From a virus: a stretch of 64,000 bases of DNA. This document shows, in pieces, positions 1 through 9,146 of the stretch. Numbering within the stretch: the first letter of the stretch is position 1; every line of letters begins with the position of its first letter. The notes beneath the pieces are model-generated. The model had not been told where the DNA came from, searched no databases, and saw nothing but the letters and a program-made list of their open reading frames with translations. The translations under genes and the position numbers were made by a program. Location: positions 93,409 to 157,408 of the IMG/VR virus record IMGVR_UViG_3300042874_000443. One strand, written 5' to 3'.

Positions 1-228
1 CGCAGCCAGCGTTGGATCGGCGACTACCACAAGATCGACACTGTCGCGTTGGCCACGCCACTTCTCAAGGCGGGACACGTCGCGAACGTCAAGCTCGTGA
101 CGCTGACGGAGCACTTCGGGATCGAGCACGAGGCACATCGCGCGATGGGAGATGCTCGTGCATGCCGTGATGTCTATCTCCGGTTGATGGAGATGTACTC
201 GTCGGTATTCGCCGACACCGTGCACTGA
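1..228 (+). CDS. DEDDh 3'-5' exonuclease (DnaQ-like), 3' part only
   Basis: Frame 1, read manually: IDTVALA...KLVTLTEHFGIEHEAHRAMGDARA, the ExoIII HxAxxD motif; stop TGA at 226-228. Confidence 0.85.
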   Translation, partial: RSQRWIGDYHKIDTVALATPLLKAGHVANVKLVTLTEHFGIEHEAHRAMGDARACRDVYLRLMEMYSSVFADTVH

Positions 229-230
229 CG

Positions 231-1844
231 CTACAAGAACTTCAGGCTCTGCGTCAGCAGCATCCAGGCGAACCAGCCGAAGATCTGCGCGTGCAAACAA
301 TCGTCGGGCATGGTCGGCGAGTGTCGCCAGACCTTTCGCCCCTGCAAGGTGACCTCTTCGTAGACGTTCAGGATGTCACTGATGGCGGGCTGCGCGTGCA
401 TCAGCTTGGGGTAGACCGCCTGCTTGTGAATCAAGAACCGAGCGTAGTTGTCGATGAGCGTCGTACGGTCGACATGATAGACCATCGCAGCCGGGTTCCA
501 GTCGAACGGCTTGGACAGCGCCATGTAGCGAATGGCGACGACGCGGTGGTCTCCCAAGCGGGCACGTAGGTACGAGTTGCCGATGGCACCTTCGCCGGCG
601 TCGCCGACGAGCATGTTGACACCCCATGCGTTGCACAGCTCGACGATCTCGTCGATCCAACCGATGGCGTGGCCGTTGGGGAAGATCTTGTAGAAGAGCG
701 TCTTCAAGCGCCCGTCGGCCATCTGGCCCCAGATGTGGAGCACCGTCCGGCTCTTGAAGAGGCCCTCGCTGCCTTTGATCTCGGCACCGCCACCGGACCA
801 GTCGACGCCGGCAACGACGCGAGCGATGCCCTCTTTCGACAACGGCAACGGCAGGCGCGTCATCTCGTGGTTCTCGTCGCAGAGAGCCTCGAGAATCTCC
901 TTGGTCAGGAGACGCGCACCTGTCGACGTGCTGACGCCGATGCACTCGTTCAGGAACTTGGCCTCGCCGTAGAGTGGCGAGTCCATCTTGTAGAGGAGCT
1001 TCCCCCAACGTTCGACGGCGGCCTCGTGACCGGGCGAGCCGAGGGGCCACGACGCAGGCACGTTCGTGGGCATGATGGCCTGGCTGACGTGGAAGCCCTT
1101 GATGCCGGCGGCCTTGTCCTTGGCCATGTCGATCCACTGGCCCTTGCGTGGGTCGAGACACTTTCCACAGCTCAGGCAGATCGGTCCGTTCTTGCCGAGC
1201 GCCTTTGTGCTAACGATGAACGTCCACTTGCTGCAACCCTCGCAGCGCATGCACCATTCGGTCTGCGACGACTGCGACCACAAGAACTCGATGGTGTTTT
1301 CCATCGTCTTGGGCGTGCCGGCGTACGCCGAGTACTGGTAGTTCGAGTTGGCCATGCACTCCTCGATGACCGGGATGACGGCCTCGTAGAGGATGTCCTG
1401 AACCTCGTCGAAGCAGCAGCGGTCAGCCGAGTAACCACGAGCGCGGTCAGGGTCATCGAGGGCGTACGTGAACGCCATCTCGGACCCGTTCGTGAGCATG
1501 CGCAGAAGGACGTTGTCGATCGATTCGGGACCGACGAAACCGCGACGAAGATCAGGGCTGTACGCGAGGATCTTCGCGACGCGGGTATGCGAGAACTTGC
1601 GCGTCTGCTCCTGCGACGGAGAGACGTAGTACGACTTGAAGGGCGCCGTGGCGATGGCCTCGGCGATCATGAAGGCCGCCAGCGTGGTCGACTTGGTGAC
1701 CTGCCGTCCCGTCTTCAAGAGAAGGCGGGGGTACTTACCGTCGTACACTGCACCGAACATCGGGTAGTCCACCAACGACAAAGGCTTGCCGTCGACGTAG
1801 AACAACCCCTGCGCGATGGTTGAACGATAAACCTCTTCCGACAT
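231..1844 (-). CDS. terL: Terminase large subunit (lambda gpA-like)
   Basis: KTGRQVTKST Walker A-like, CFDEVQD Walker B, GTPKT motif III, CxxC...CxxC, nuclease AGVDW and PDDCLHA. Confidence 0.9.
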   Translation of the reverse strand: MSEEVYRSTIAQGLFYVDGKPLSLVDYPMFGAVYDGKYPRLLLKTGRQVTKSTTLAAFMIAEAIATAPFKSYYVSPSQEQTRKFSHTRVAKILAYSPDLRRGFVGPESIDNVLLRMLTNGSEMAFTYALDDPDRARGYSADRCCFDEVQDILYEAVIPVIEECMANSNYQYSAYAGTPKTMENTIEFLWSQSSQTEWCMRCEGCSKWTFIVSTKALGKNGPICLSCGKCLDPRKGQWIDMAKDKAAGIKGFHVSQAIMPTNVPASWPLGSPGHEAAVERWGKLLYKMDSPLYGEAKFLNECIGVSTSTGARLLTKEILEALCDENHEMTRLPLPLSKEGIARVVAGVDWSGGGAEIKGSEGLFKSRTVLHIWGQMADGRLKTLFYKIFPNGHAIGWIDEIVELCNAWGVNMLVGDAGEGAIGNSYLRARLGDHRVVAIRYMALSKPFDWNPAAMVYHVDRTTLIDNYARFLIHKQAVYPKLMHAQPAISDILNVYEEVTLQGRKVWRHSPTMPDDCLHAQIFGWFAWMLLTQSLKFL

Positions 1845-1869
1845 ATCAACGGGAACCTAGGAGAATGAG

Positions 1870-3150
1870 ATGAGCACTGCTGACACCAAGACCGTCGTCG
1901 AAGATACCTTCGCGTCGAAGCTCGGCATCGAGATGGTCACGCCCCGCGTCTTCGAAGAGCTGATCGAGCTGAACGCGGGCACGCGCAACGTGGTGTGTGC
2001 AATCGGTCCGTCCGGCATCGGTAAGACTGCGATTCCGACACAGGTTGCGAAGCGACGCAACAACGGAAAGGGCGTGCCCTACGTGCCGCTGCACATGCCG
2101 ACCGCGACACAGGAGGGGTTCTTCATCCCGACCACGGCGAGCGACACGAAGCTGTACTTCGATCAACGCGTGCCCCGCCTGTTCCAGCCGCTCATCGAGT
2201 GGGCCGAGCAGATGGAGAAGAAGTACAAGGGCAAGGTCCCCAAGGACATGTGTCCGATCCTCTCCATCGAGGAGCTGAATCGTGCCGTCGACAAGTCGGT
2301 CACGCGTGCCGCGTTCGTGCTCATCGGCGACCGCATGATCGGTGACATCAAGCTGCACGACTGCATCCAGATCGTCGTGACGATGAATCCGTCCGGTGGT
2401 GGGATGAACGTCAACGAGTTCGAGCGTGACCCGGCGATGCGTCGTCGGCTTCTGCCCGTCGGCGTGGCGTACAACTACGGCGACTTCATGAAGCACGCCA
2501 CCACGGCTGGTTTCCACGAGAACGTCGTCGGACATCTCGGCGCGCAACCGAGCCACGGCTACGACGACCAAGCCGCGCTCGCGGGCAAGGCGTTCGCGTG
2601 CCCGGCGACGTGGGAAACGGTGTCCCGGCTCTGTGTTCAGTTCGAAGACGCGGAGATCCCGCTGAACAGCACGACGGGACGTGCTGCCATCGCAGGCGCC
2701 ATCGGCACCGCGTCGGCGACGGCGTTCCTCGAGTTCGTGCGTGACAACACGCTCGTCGTCACGCCGGACGATGTCCTGACCAACTACGGGCCCGACTCCG
2801 AGACGCGCAAGCGTTTCAAGAAGTACCTCCCCAAGGAGGGTGAGGGACGGTTGGACAAGGTGACCGAGCTGTCGATGGGCTTGGCCACGCGCATCTTCGC
2901 GGACCTCTCGAAGAAGCCCGAGCAGCTCACCAAGCAGCTCTCGCTCTTTGTCAGCGATCTGCCCGAGGAGATCCTGATGTCGTTCATCCAGAAGCTGACC
3001 GACGAGTCCAACCGTCTGGGCAACGACGCGAAGAACTTCCTGCAGAACCTCAACCAGAAGCTGGCGGGTGAGCCTGTCTTCGTCGATGGTCTGAAGCGTC
3101 TGCACCAAGCGAAGATCGCGGCGCAGAAGGAGTCGTCGAACCCGACATGA
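1870..3150 (+). CDS. MoxR-like AAA+ ATPase
   Basis: GPSGIGKT, SIEELNRA, VTMNP, DPAMRRR; RBS AGGAG upstream. Confidence 0.85.
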   Translation: MSTADTKTVVEDTFASKLGIEMVTPRVFEELIELNAGTRNVVCAIGPSGIGKTAIPTQVAKRRNNGKGVPYVPLHMPTATQEGFFIPTTASDTKLYFDQRVPRLFQPLIEWAEQMEKKYKGKVPKDMCPILSIEELNRAVDKSVTRAAFVLIGDRMIGDIKLHDCIQIVVTMNPSGGGMNVNEFERDPAMRRRLLPVGVAYNYGDFMKHATTAGFHENVVGHLGAQPSHGYDDQAALAGKAFACPATWETVSRLCVQFEDAEIPLNSTTGRAAIAGAIGTASATAFLEFVRDNTLVVTPDDVLTNYGPDSETRKRFKKYLPKEGEGRLDKVTELSMGLATRIFADLSKKPEQLTKQLSLFVSDLPEEILMSFIQKLTDESNRLGNDAKNFLQNLNQKLAGEPVFVDGLKRLHQAKIAAQKESSNPT

Positions 3151-3152
3151 GG

Positions 3153-3797
3153 TCATGCGACCCGGGCCAGGTCCCGTTCGGCGCGTGCTCGGCGCTCGCA
3201 GACGTGCAGCTCGACGGCGGCCAACCGTGCGATCTGAACGTCGACGGGCGCTTCTTGAAGCGTGAGCTTCTCGAGGCCGTTCTTGTCGACCTTCGCCCAG
3301 CGCTCCTTGACCTCGTCGGTGAGATGGTCGTGGTGGCGAATGCGGTCGAGCGCGTTCTGCGCGAAGTCGAGCTGTTCAGGCGCGAGAACGAAACCTGCAC
3401 GGTTCAGAATGACACCGGCGTAGGCGCGCGGCTCGCTGCCGACTTCCCACGATGCATCGTTCGCATCGCGGATGATCCATGCCGCCTCGACGACAGCCCA
3501 AGCGAGTCGCGCCGGCGACGCCTCTTCGAGAATGTCGGGGTTGCACGGATGTCCGTCGAACGCGATGGCCGTCTTCTCGAAGACGATGGCGTCCCAGTAG
3601 AACGAGGGCACCAAACGCAGAGCGACGCCTGCCATGACCTTGATGCGGTTCTCCACGGGGAGGTCGACATCTTGGTGCTGCAGTTCGAGCCAGATCGACT
3701 CAGGCTCCCACGCAAGGAAGTCGCCGAGCAGGCGATGCACGGCTTTCATCAGGACGACCGCAGAGGTGTCTGGATTTCGAAGAAGGTCTTTGCTCAC
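3153..3797 (-). CDS. Hypothetical protein, probably virion
   Basis: 214-aa ORF, typical codon usage, co-oriented with 3807-4796. Confidence 0.7.
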   Translation of the reverse strand: MSKDLLRNPDTSAVVLMKAVHRLLGDFLAWEPESIWLELQHQDVDLPVENRIKVMAGVALRLVPSFYWDAIVFEKTAIAFDGHPCNPDILEEASPARLAWAVVEAAWIIRDANDASWEVGSEPRAYAGVILNRAGFVLAPEQLDFAQNALDRIRHHDHLTDEVKERWAKVDKNGLEKLTLQEAPVDVQIARLAAVELHVCERRARAERDLARVA

Positions 3798-3806
3798 GCA
3801 AGACCT

Positions 3807-4796
3807 CTACCGCATCTGCGCCGACAACATGCGCTGCATGTCGACGGGCAAGGTCTCGAGCACCTGCGCGAGACGCATCGGGTCCATGTGGCCGGTAGCG
3901 TCGGACGCTTCGCGGACGATGTCGGAGCCGAGGATGTCGGAGTAGAACGTCGAGGGGTACGACGCGACGCGTTCGATCGGCATGAAGCGACCGGCGAGTG
4001 TGACGCCCTGACCCGCGACCTTGTTCGAGTTGAACACCGTCATCAGCGGGTCGGGCAGCTTGCGGTCGTAGTAGCGGTCGAGACCGGCCAGCGTGTCCAT
4101 CTCGCCGATCGCTTCGGCGAGCTTGATCTGTTGCGCGCGGTCGCGCATTTCGGCAGGCAGTTTCTTCGCTGCGTTGGCGAGCTTCTGGTAGCCGTCCTTG
4201 TGTTCGATGGGCGCAGCTTCGCGCCGGGCTTCGAGCCAGTCGACCAGGGGCTGTCGCTCGGTGACGGTCATGCCCGCCATCTTGCGGATCTCGTCGCGCA
4301 CGCCGACACCGAAGAACGCGGCCTTCTCGACAAGACGTCGGCTCGCCAGAGCGCGATGCGGGATCGAGAGCTTCTGTCCTTCGGTGCGCAGCTTCTCTTC
4401 TGCTTCCTTGACGTGTCCCGCTTCGGTGACGCGAAGACGGCGGATGTCGGGGAGCAGAAAGTGGTCCGCGGGCTCGGGCGCCGCAGCAACCTTCGTTCGA
4501 GCAAAGAGGCTGTCGTCGATGCCGTAGACCTCACACGCTTCCTTGATGACGCGTGTCGCGTGCGCAGGGAAGTTCGGGATGCCTTCGCTGTAGATGCGAG
4601 AGAGCATCGCGTGCTCACGCGAATGGATGGGGAAGGCGCGCTTCTCCGACCATGCGAATGCCGTGTTCGGGAGCTTGTCGTACTCCTCACGGTTCACATC
4701 AATGTCCTGGATCGCCGCAGCGAGCTTGGGACGATCAGAAACACGGCGCACGAGATGCGCCATCACCGGGTCAGAAAACTGGTCCACAACGGCCAT
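3807..4796 (-). CDS. Hypothetical protein, probably head/virion; rich in K-x-A
   Basis: 329-aa ORF directly downstream of a CCCTATAATT motif. Confidence 0.75.
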   Translation of the reverse strand: MAVVDQFSDPVMAHLVRRVSDRPKLAAAIQDIDVNREEYDKLPNTAFAWSEKRAFPIHSREHAMLSRIYSEGIPNFPAHATRVIKEACEVYGIDDSLFARTKVAAAPEPADHFLLPDIRRLRVTEAGHVKEAEEKLRTEGQKLSIPHRALASRRLVEKAAFFGVGVRDEIRKMAGMTVTERQPLVDWLEARREAAPIEHKDGYQKLANAAKKLPAEMRDRAQQIKLAEAIGEMDTLAGLDRYYDRKLPDPLMTVFNSNKVAGQGVTLAGRFMPIERVASYPSTFYSDILGSDIVREASDATGHMDPMRLAQVLETLPVDMQRMLSAQMR

Positions 4797-4801
4797 GCAG
4801 G

Positions 4802-4811
4802 AATTATAGGG
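4802..4811 (-). promoter_or_regulatory. Putative late promoter CCCTATAATT (copy 1)
   Basis: Exact AT-rich 10-mer found three times, each upstream of a minus-strand structural gene. Confidence 0.7.
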
Positions 4812-4816
4812 GAAAC

Positions 4817-6265
4817 ATGAAGCTCAAACTCTCGGAGTTCTTCATCTATCTGATCCAAAAGAAGAGCTTCTACGGGCGCCTGGCCTCCAGCCTGGAGCGC
4901 GTGGCTCGGCCGGGGATGGGGACCCTCGCCGTGGGCATCCGGGAGGGCCGGGCCGTGCTGTTCTACGACCCCGAGTTCATCGGGGCGCTCCCTTTCAAGT
5001 CAGCGTCGTTCGCGCTCGAACACGAGCTGCTGCACCTGATGCTCGACCACATCCCGCGGTACCTCGAACTGCTGGCGTTGTGTCCGACCGAGCTGGACCG
5101 CGCGAAGGCAGCCAAGGTCTTCAACATCGCGATGGACTGCGCCATCAACACGATGCTGCGAAAACATGAAGGGTTCGACGAGATCGAGCAGTTCATGAAG
5201 GACCGGATCAAGGCGCAGTATCCGGACGCTGAGGACAGCCCACGTAACGGCATGTGTCTGCCTGAGAAGTGGGACCTTCCGTTGGAAGGCTCGTTCGAGT
5301 TCTACCAGTGGTCGCTGATGCGCAAGGTGAAGGTCATCGACCTCTCCAAGCTCCTCGGCGGAACGGACCACTCCATGTGGACCGACGGGGAGAAAGGCGA
5401 AGAGAACCCCGAGCAGACGTGTCCGGGCGACGGACAAGGTGACGGGCAGGGCAACGACGGAAAGGGCGATCAGGACCCCAAGGGGATGGTCTTCGGGGGT
5501 TCGACGTTCAAGGACATGACGTCCGACGAACTGCTCTCGCAAGCGCACCGCATTCGTGAACAGCTCAAGCAGACGATGCGTTCTGTCGTGCGGTCGATGG
5601 GCGGTATCGGACGTGGAACGTTGCCGGGTGGACTCGAGGAGTGGCTGGAAGCGTATCTGGCCGACCCCATCGTTCCGTGGTGGGAGATCTTCTCGACGCG
5701 CGCGAAGATGTCGCGGACGTCGAAGCACCGGCGCAGTGTTGCACAGCCCAACCGCATGCTCCTCGCGCTCGCCGAAGAGGACGTCTGCATCATCCCGACG
5801 CCTGGGCGTGTTCGTGACAAGGCGTGGCGGGTGTTTCTCTACGTCGATACGTCGGGGTCGATGTCCTCAGAGTCCCTGGAGATCGTCAAGAGCGAGCTGC
5901 AGCACATGCTCGCTGTCGACGAGAACATGGAGATTCGCTACATGCAGGGCGACGCAGCTACGCACATGGATGTGGTCCTGCACTCTGGTGACGAGATTCC
6001 CAAGGAGGTCGTGGGACGCGGCGGCACCGACTTCGACGCGTACTTCATCCACATGAGCCAGTACGTGAAGGACGACGCAAAGTCGCCTGACATCGTCGTG
6101 GTCTACACCGACGGCTATGCACCCTCGGTCGACAAGAAGAATCGACTGCCACAGGAAATCCCGGTTCTGTGGTTGGTCACACCCCATCACAGCGAACACT
6201 TTCACGAAGGGTACGGCGAGATCATCGTCTGCGATCCGTCACATAACGACCGCTACAAGGGTTGA
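4817..6265 (+). CDS. Metallopeptidase-like (HExxH) plus vWA domain protein, MoxR partner (DUF2201-like)
   Basis: HELLH, NIAMDCAIN, MIDAS VDTSGSMS, GRGGTDF, YTDGY; start moved to ATG 4817. Confidence 0.85.
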   Translation: MKLKLSEFFIYLIQKKSFYGRLASSLERVARPGMGTLAVGIREGRAVLFYDPEFIGALPFKSASFALEHELLHLMLDHIPRYLELLALCPTELDRAKAAKVFNIAMDCAINTMLRKHEGFDEIEQFMKDRIKAQYPDAEDSPRNGMCLPEKWDLPLEGSFEFYQWSLMRKVKVIDLSKLLGGTDHSMWTDGEKGEENPEQTCPGDGQGDGQGNDGKGDQDPKGMVFGGSTFKDMTSDELLSQAHRIREQLKQTMRSVVRSMGGIGRGTLPGGLEEWLEAYLADPIVPWWEIFSTRAKMSRTSKHRRSVAQPNRMLLALAEEDVCIIPTPGRVRDKAWRVFLYVDTSGSMSSESLEIVKSELQHMLAVDENMEIRYMQGDAATHMDVVLHSGDEIPKEVVGRGGTDFDAYFIHMSQYVKDDAKSPDIVVVYTDGYAPSVDKKNRLPQEIPVLWLVTPHHSEHFHEGYGEIIVCDPSHNDRYKG

Positions 6266-6268
6266 TAC

Positions 6269-6439
6269 GTGAACTGGGTGGATGACAAAGGCGTCGTTCA
6301 CCACGGTATCGGTATGACACGTATCGAAGGTCATCCGCGCGTGGGAAGAACACGCAAGACACACAAAGTAGTGACGTGCCTATGGTGCGTCCAATCCCCG
6401 TTTCAAAAGCCAAGAAGGATGAGAAGGATAAGAAGATGA
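6269..6439 (+). CDS. 56-aa member of the DxxGxxH...TCxxC mini-protein family (not in ORF track)
   Basis: MNWVDDKGVVHHG...KVVTCLWCVQ; its stop overlaps the next ATG (ATGA). Confidence 0.75.
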   Translation: MNWVDDKGVVHHGIGMTRIEGHPRVGRTRKTHKVVTCLWCVQSPFQKPRRMRRIRR

Positions 6440-7590
6440 TCCACCACAGCGAGAAGGACTACGACGTCGCCCTCGGTGAAGCCACTGCAGGCTTCAAGGC
6501 CAAGCTCGAGGAGATGATCCACAAGACGCAGGGCAGCGCGATGAACGTCATCAACAAGGTGATTCGCGAGACGCCCAACGACCGCATCGCCGATTCAACG
6601 ACGCTGACGTTCGCAACCGACGGCAACGACGCCAAGGCCATCGTCATGGGCCTGCGCAACCGCAAGGCGAAGCACTTCTTCGAGGAGAGCTTGCACAAGA
6701 ACGCACTCGATCAGGTCTGCGAGCGCGCGGGCATTCCGGGAACGTACGTCAACCGGCTACTCGAGCGTCCGAAGTACGGACGCGAGTTGATCGTCGAGAA
6801 TCTGACGCGCATCTACAAGGAGGAGGAGAACAAGAAGCTCCTCATCCGTTCGGTCGGTTCCGAGGTCCGCGGTGTGCTCTCGAACTCGTTCAAGCGCATG
6901 GACTCGGGTCCCATCATCGAGGCGTTCGCGAAGTCGTGCGAGCAGATCGGCGCCGTTCCCGTGGAAGGCATCGGTGGCGATCTTCGCTGGGCAGTGAAGG
7001 CGATCCTGCCGATGGTGTTCCAGCCGGCGACCAAGCGCGGCATGGAAGAGGTTCTGGCGTTCGGGCTTCAGCTCTCGAATTCCGATTTCGGCAAGGGCGT
7101 GCTCGGACTCAACGCGTTCTGTACGCGTCTGGTCTGCACGAACACCGCGACGCTCGAACAGGTCATGCGACAGATCCACCTCGGCAAGCGTCTGTCCGAC
7201 GACATGGAATTCTCCGAGAAGACCTACAAGCTCGACACCGACACGCAAGTCTCGGCCATCCAGGACATGGTCAAGCAGGTGCTGGCGCCCGACAAGGTGA
7301 ACGCCCTCGTCGGTCGTATCGGTGAAGCGCTCGAGGCGCGCATCGATCCGAAGCAGGCGTGGCAAGAGCTGCCCAAGATGGGTCTGCTCAAGGGTGAGAT
7401 CGACAAGGTCAAGGAGCTGTTCATGGACGGCGATGTCGAGATGTTGCCGTCGGGGATGACGCAGGCGCGCCTGTCGAACGCGGTGAGCTGGTTCGCCAAG
7501 AGCGCTCCGACGCCCGAGCGCCGTCTCGAGCTGGAGGAGATCGCCGGCGAGTTGTTGCTGCCGAAGGTGAAGGAGAAGGCCGCAGCTTGA
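6436..7590 (+). CDS. DUF932-like phage protein
   Basis: VRGVLSNSFK, FGLQLSNSDFG, RLVCTN, HLG; start set by the ATGA overlap. Confidence 0.75.
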   Translation: MIHHSEKDYDVALGEATAGFKAKLEEMIHKTQGSAMNVINKVIRETPNDRIADSTTLTFATDGNDAKAIVMGLRNRKAKHFFEESLHKNALDQVCERAGIPGTYVNRLLERPKYGRELIVENLTRIYKEEENKKLLIRSVGSEVRGVLSNSFKRMDSGPIIEAFAKSCEQIGAVPVEGIGGDLRWAVKAILPMVFQPATKRGMEEVLAFGLQLSNSDFGKGVLGLNAFCTRLVCTNTATLEQVMRQIHLGKRLSDDMEFSEKTYKLDTDTQVSAIQDMVKQVLAPDKVNALVGRIGEALEARIDPKQAWQELPKMGLLKGEIDKVKELFMDGDVEMLPSGMTQARLSNAVSWFAKSAPTPERRLELEEIAGELLLPKVKEKAAA

Positions 7591-7592
7591 TA

Positions 7593-7692
7593 CGAGCCCT
7601 CTGCCGGAGTCCTTCGGGACGATGAAGGCTTGGGCTCGGATGCCGCGCGCGACTTTGCGGACGTAACCCCCTCGAGCGCGCTGTAGAGGGGG
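7593..7692 (+). ncRNA. Structured intergenic RNA: kink-turn hairpin with cUUCGg loop, plus two further hairpins
   Basis: cgagccc/gggctcg outer stem; gccGGAgtcc-TTCG-ggacGATGAAggc matches a Kt-7-type k-turn core. Confidence 0.55.
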
Positions 7693-7703
7693 ATGTGTTT
7701 TTT
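7667..7703 (+). terminator. Possible intrinsic terminator between convergent genes
   Basis: ccccctc/gaggggg stem followed by a T6 tract. Confidence 0.5.
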
Positions 7704-7707
7704 TGGA

Positions 7708-8688
7708 TCAGCCTGGCACGTACGGGATCGACGTCGGGTCGAAGTCCGGACACACCGCTAGCACTGCAGCGAGCGCCGTCGCCGTCAAAGCGTTTGCCGC
7801 AGTGAGCGCCTGCGCTTGCGTGATTTGATCCGACTGTGCCGTTGCGAGCGCAGTGGAGGACACAGTCACGTCGTTCGTTCGTGCGGCGCTGTAAGCCGTT
7901 GCATCCGTTACCGCCGTGTTGGCGTCGGCGATGTAACCCGGCATCGCAGCTTGTTGCGATGTTGCCGTCGTGAGGGCCGCCTGGAACGCCGCGATACCTA
8001 CCCCCGCGGGGTTCGCGCCTGCGAAGACATTGCCAGCGGTGAGCAGTACACCGAACTGCGTGACGACAGACGTGAACTCGTTCTTGACGAGCGTCGTGTC
8101 TGTAACGAGCAGAGACGCGCCCGTGAGAAGGCTGGTCTTGTAGATGTAGTCAGCCTGTGCGCGTGTCAGTACTGCATCTGCTTCGGTCTTGACCTGGAGC
8201 TGTGTGTACCCTGCTTGCTTGGCAGCAGCGTACGCGTTGATCAATGCCTCTTTCTGTGAGGCATCGACGAACGGCATGATGTACGACGCCGGTGTGGGGT
8301 CCGGCGCATTGAAGTTCGTACGGAAGTCGATCCAGCCTTCAATCAGGGCATTGACGCGATCTCGGAAGGCTTGCGCAGCGTCGTTGCCGGTCTCGAGCGT
8401 CTCGTAGATGTTCGTGGACGAGTTCGCCAGGTACTCGATGCCATCAGCTCCGGGGGCCGCAATCCCAGGGTCGCGCCCGATCGGAATCGTGGTCAGGTCC
8501 GCAATGTTTGCGACCCGTGCCAACTTGTCCTGGTCCGGGTCGAGCACATCCACGACGCTCAACACGAAAACGTTGAGGTGTGGAAGCTCGTTCGGGATGA
8601 TCGCGGAGATCATGCGGCTGGTGACGAAGAAGGATTCGTTCCCGCCGGGAACTAGCTCGACGTGCCGTTCTTGTTCGAAAACCGCCAC
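7708..8688 (-). CDS. Hypothetical virion protein with Ala/Thr-rich helical C-terminal half
   Basis: 326-aa acidic Ala/Thr-rich ORF in a CCCTATAATT-led unit. Confidence 0.65.
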   Translation of the reverse strand: MAVFEQERHVELVPGGNESFFVTSRMISAIIPNELPHLNVFVLSVVDVLDPDQDKLARVANIADLTTIPIGRDPGIAAPGADGIEYLANSSTNIYETLETGNDAAQAFRDRVNALIEGWIDFRTNFNAPDPTPASYIMPFVDASQKEALINAYAAAKQAGYTQLQVKTEADAVLTRAQADYIYKTSLLTGASLLVTDTTLVKNEFTSVVTQFGVLLTAGNVFAGANPAGVGIAAFQAALTTATSQQAAMPGYIADANTAVTDATAYSAARTNDVTVSSTALATAQSDQITQAQALTAANALTATALAAVLAVCPDFDPTSIPYVPG

Positions 8689-8689
8689 G

Positions 8690-9058
8690 TCAGGCTCCCT
8701 GCACCACGACGGTGCGATCGATGACCAGTGCGCCGTTCTGTACGTTCAGCTCGTCCGCCAGAGATTGCAGCCTCCGGATGGAATCGGCTAAGTCCGCATT
8801 CATTGCACCCACGGTGTCCCATGTCCGGATGAGGCGTGGCAAGCGGTAGAACGCAGCACCAGTGACCTCCGCCAGTTCTGCACTTTCAGGCCACTGAGAC
8901 ATGTCAGCAGCGGTTGCGTAGTGGCTGTATTCTCGAGTGATCGTCTTGTAGACGTAAGTGGCCGTGCTCGCGTCTGTTGCAGCGACGACTTCGTTGGTCA
9001 CCTCGTAGGCGGGACCGTCAACAATCGCGGTAACTTGGTGAAGCGTGAAGGTGACCAA
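8690..9058 (-). CDS. Hypothetical virion protein
   Basis: 122 aa, TTG start with GGAG RBS. Confidence 0.65.
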   Translation of the reverse strand: MVTFTLHQVTAIVDGPAYEVTNEVVAATDASTATYVYKTITREYSHYATAADMSQWPESAELAEVTGAAFYRLPRLIRTWDTVGAMNADLADSIRRLQSLADELNVQNGALVIDRTVVVQGA

Positions 9059-9116
9059 GAGATCTCCGTTTTTCTTCGTTACGGGGGCGGGTGGAGCTTG
9101 CCAAGTATCGCCTCGA

Positions 9117-9126
9117 AATTATAGGG
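9117..9126 (-). promoter_or_regulatory. Putative late promoter CCCTATAATT (copy 2)
   Basis: Exact repeat of the 10-mer. Confidence 0.7.
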
Positions 9127-9146
9127 TGACACCCTCGCGCCGTACC

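Noticed and set aside
7600-7628. Hammerhead ribozyme (CTGxxGA-GTCC-loop-GGAC-GA...)
   Set aside because: The core reads CTGCCGGA/GATGAA rather than CUGANGA/GAAA, and no stem I/III cleavage site is evident; a k-turn fits better.
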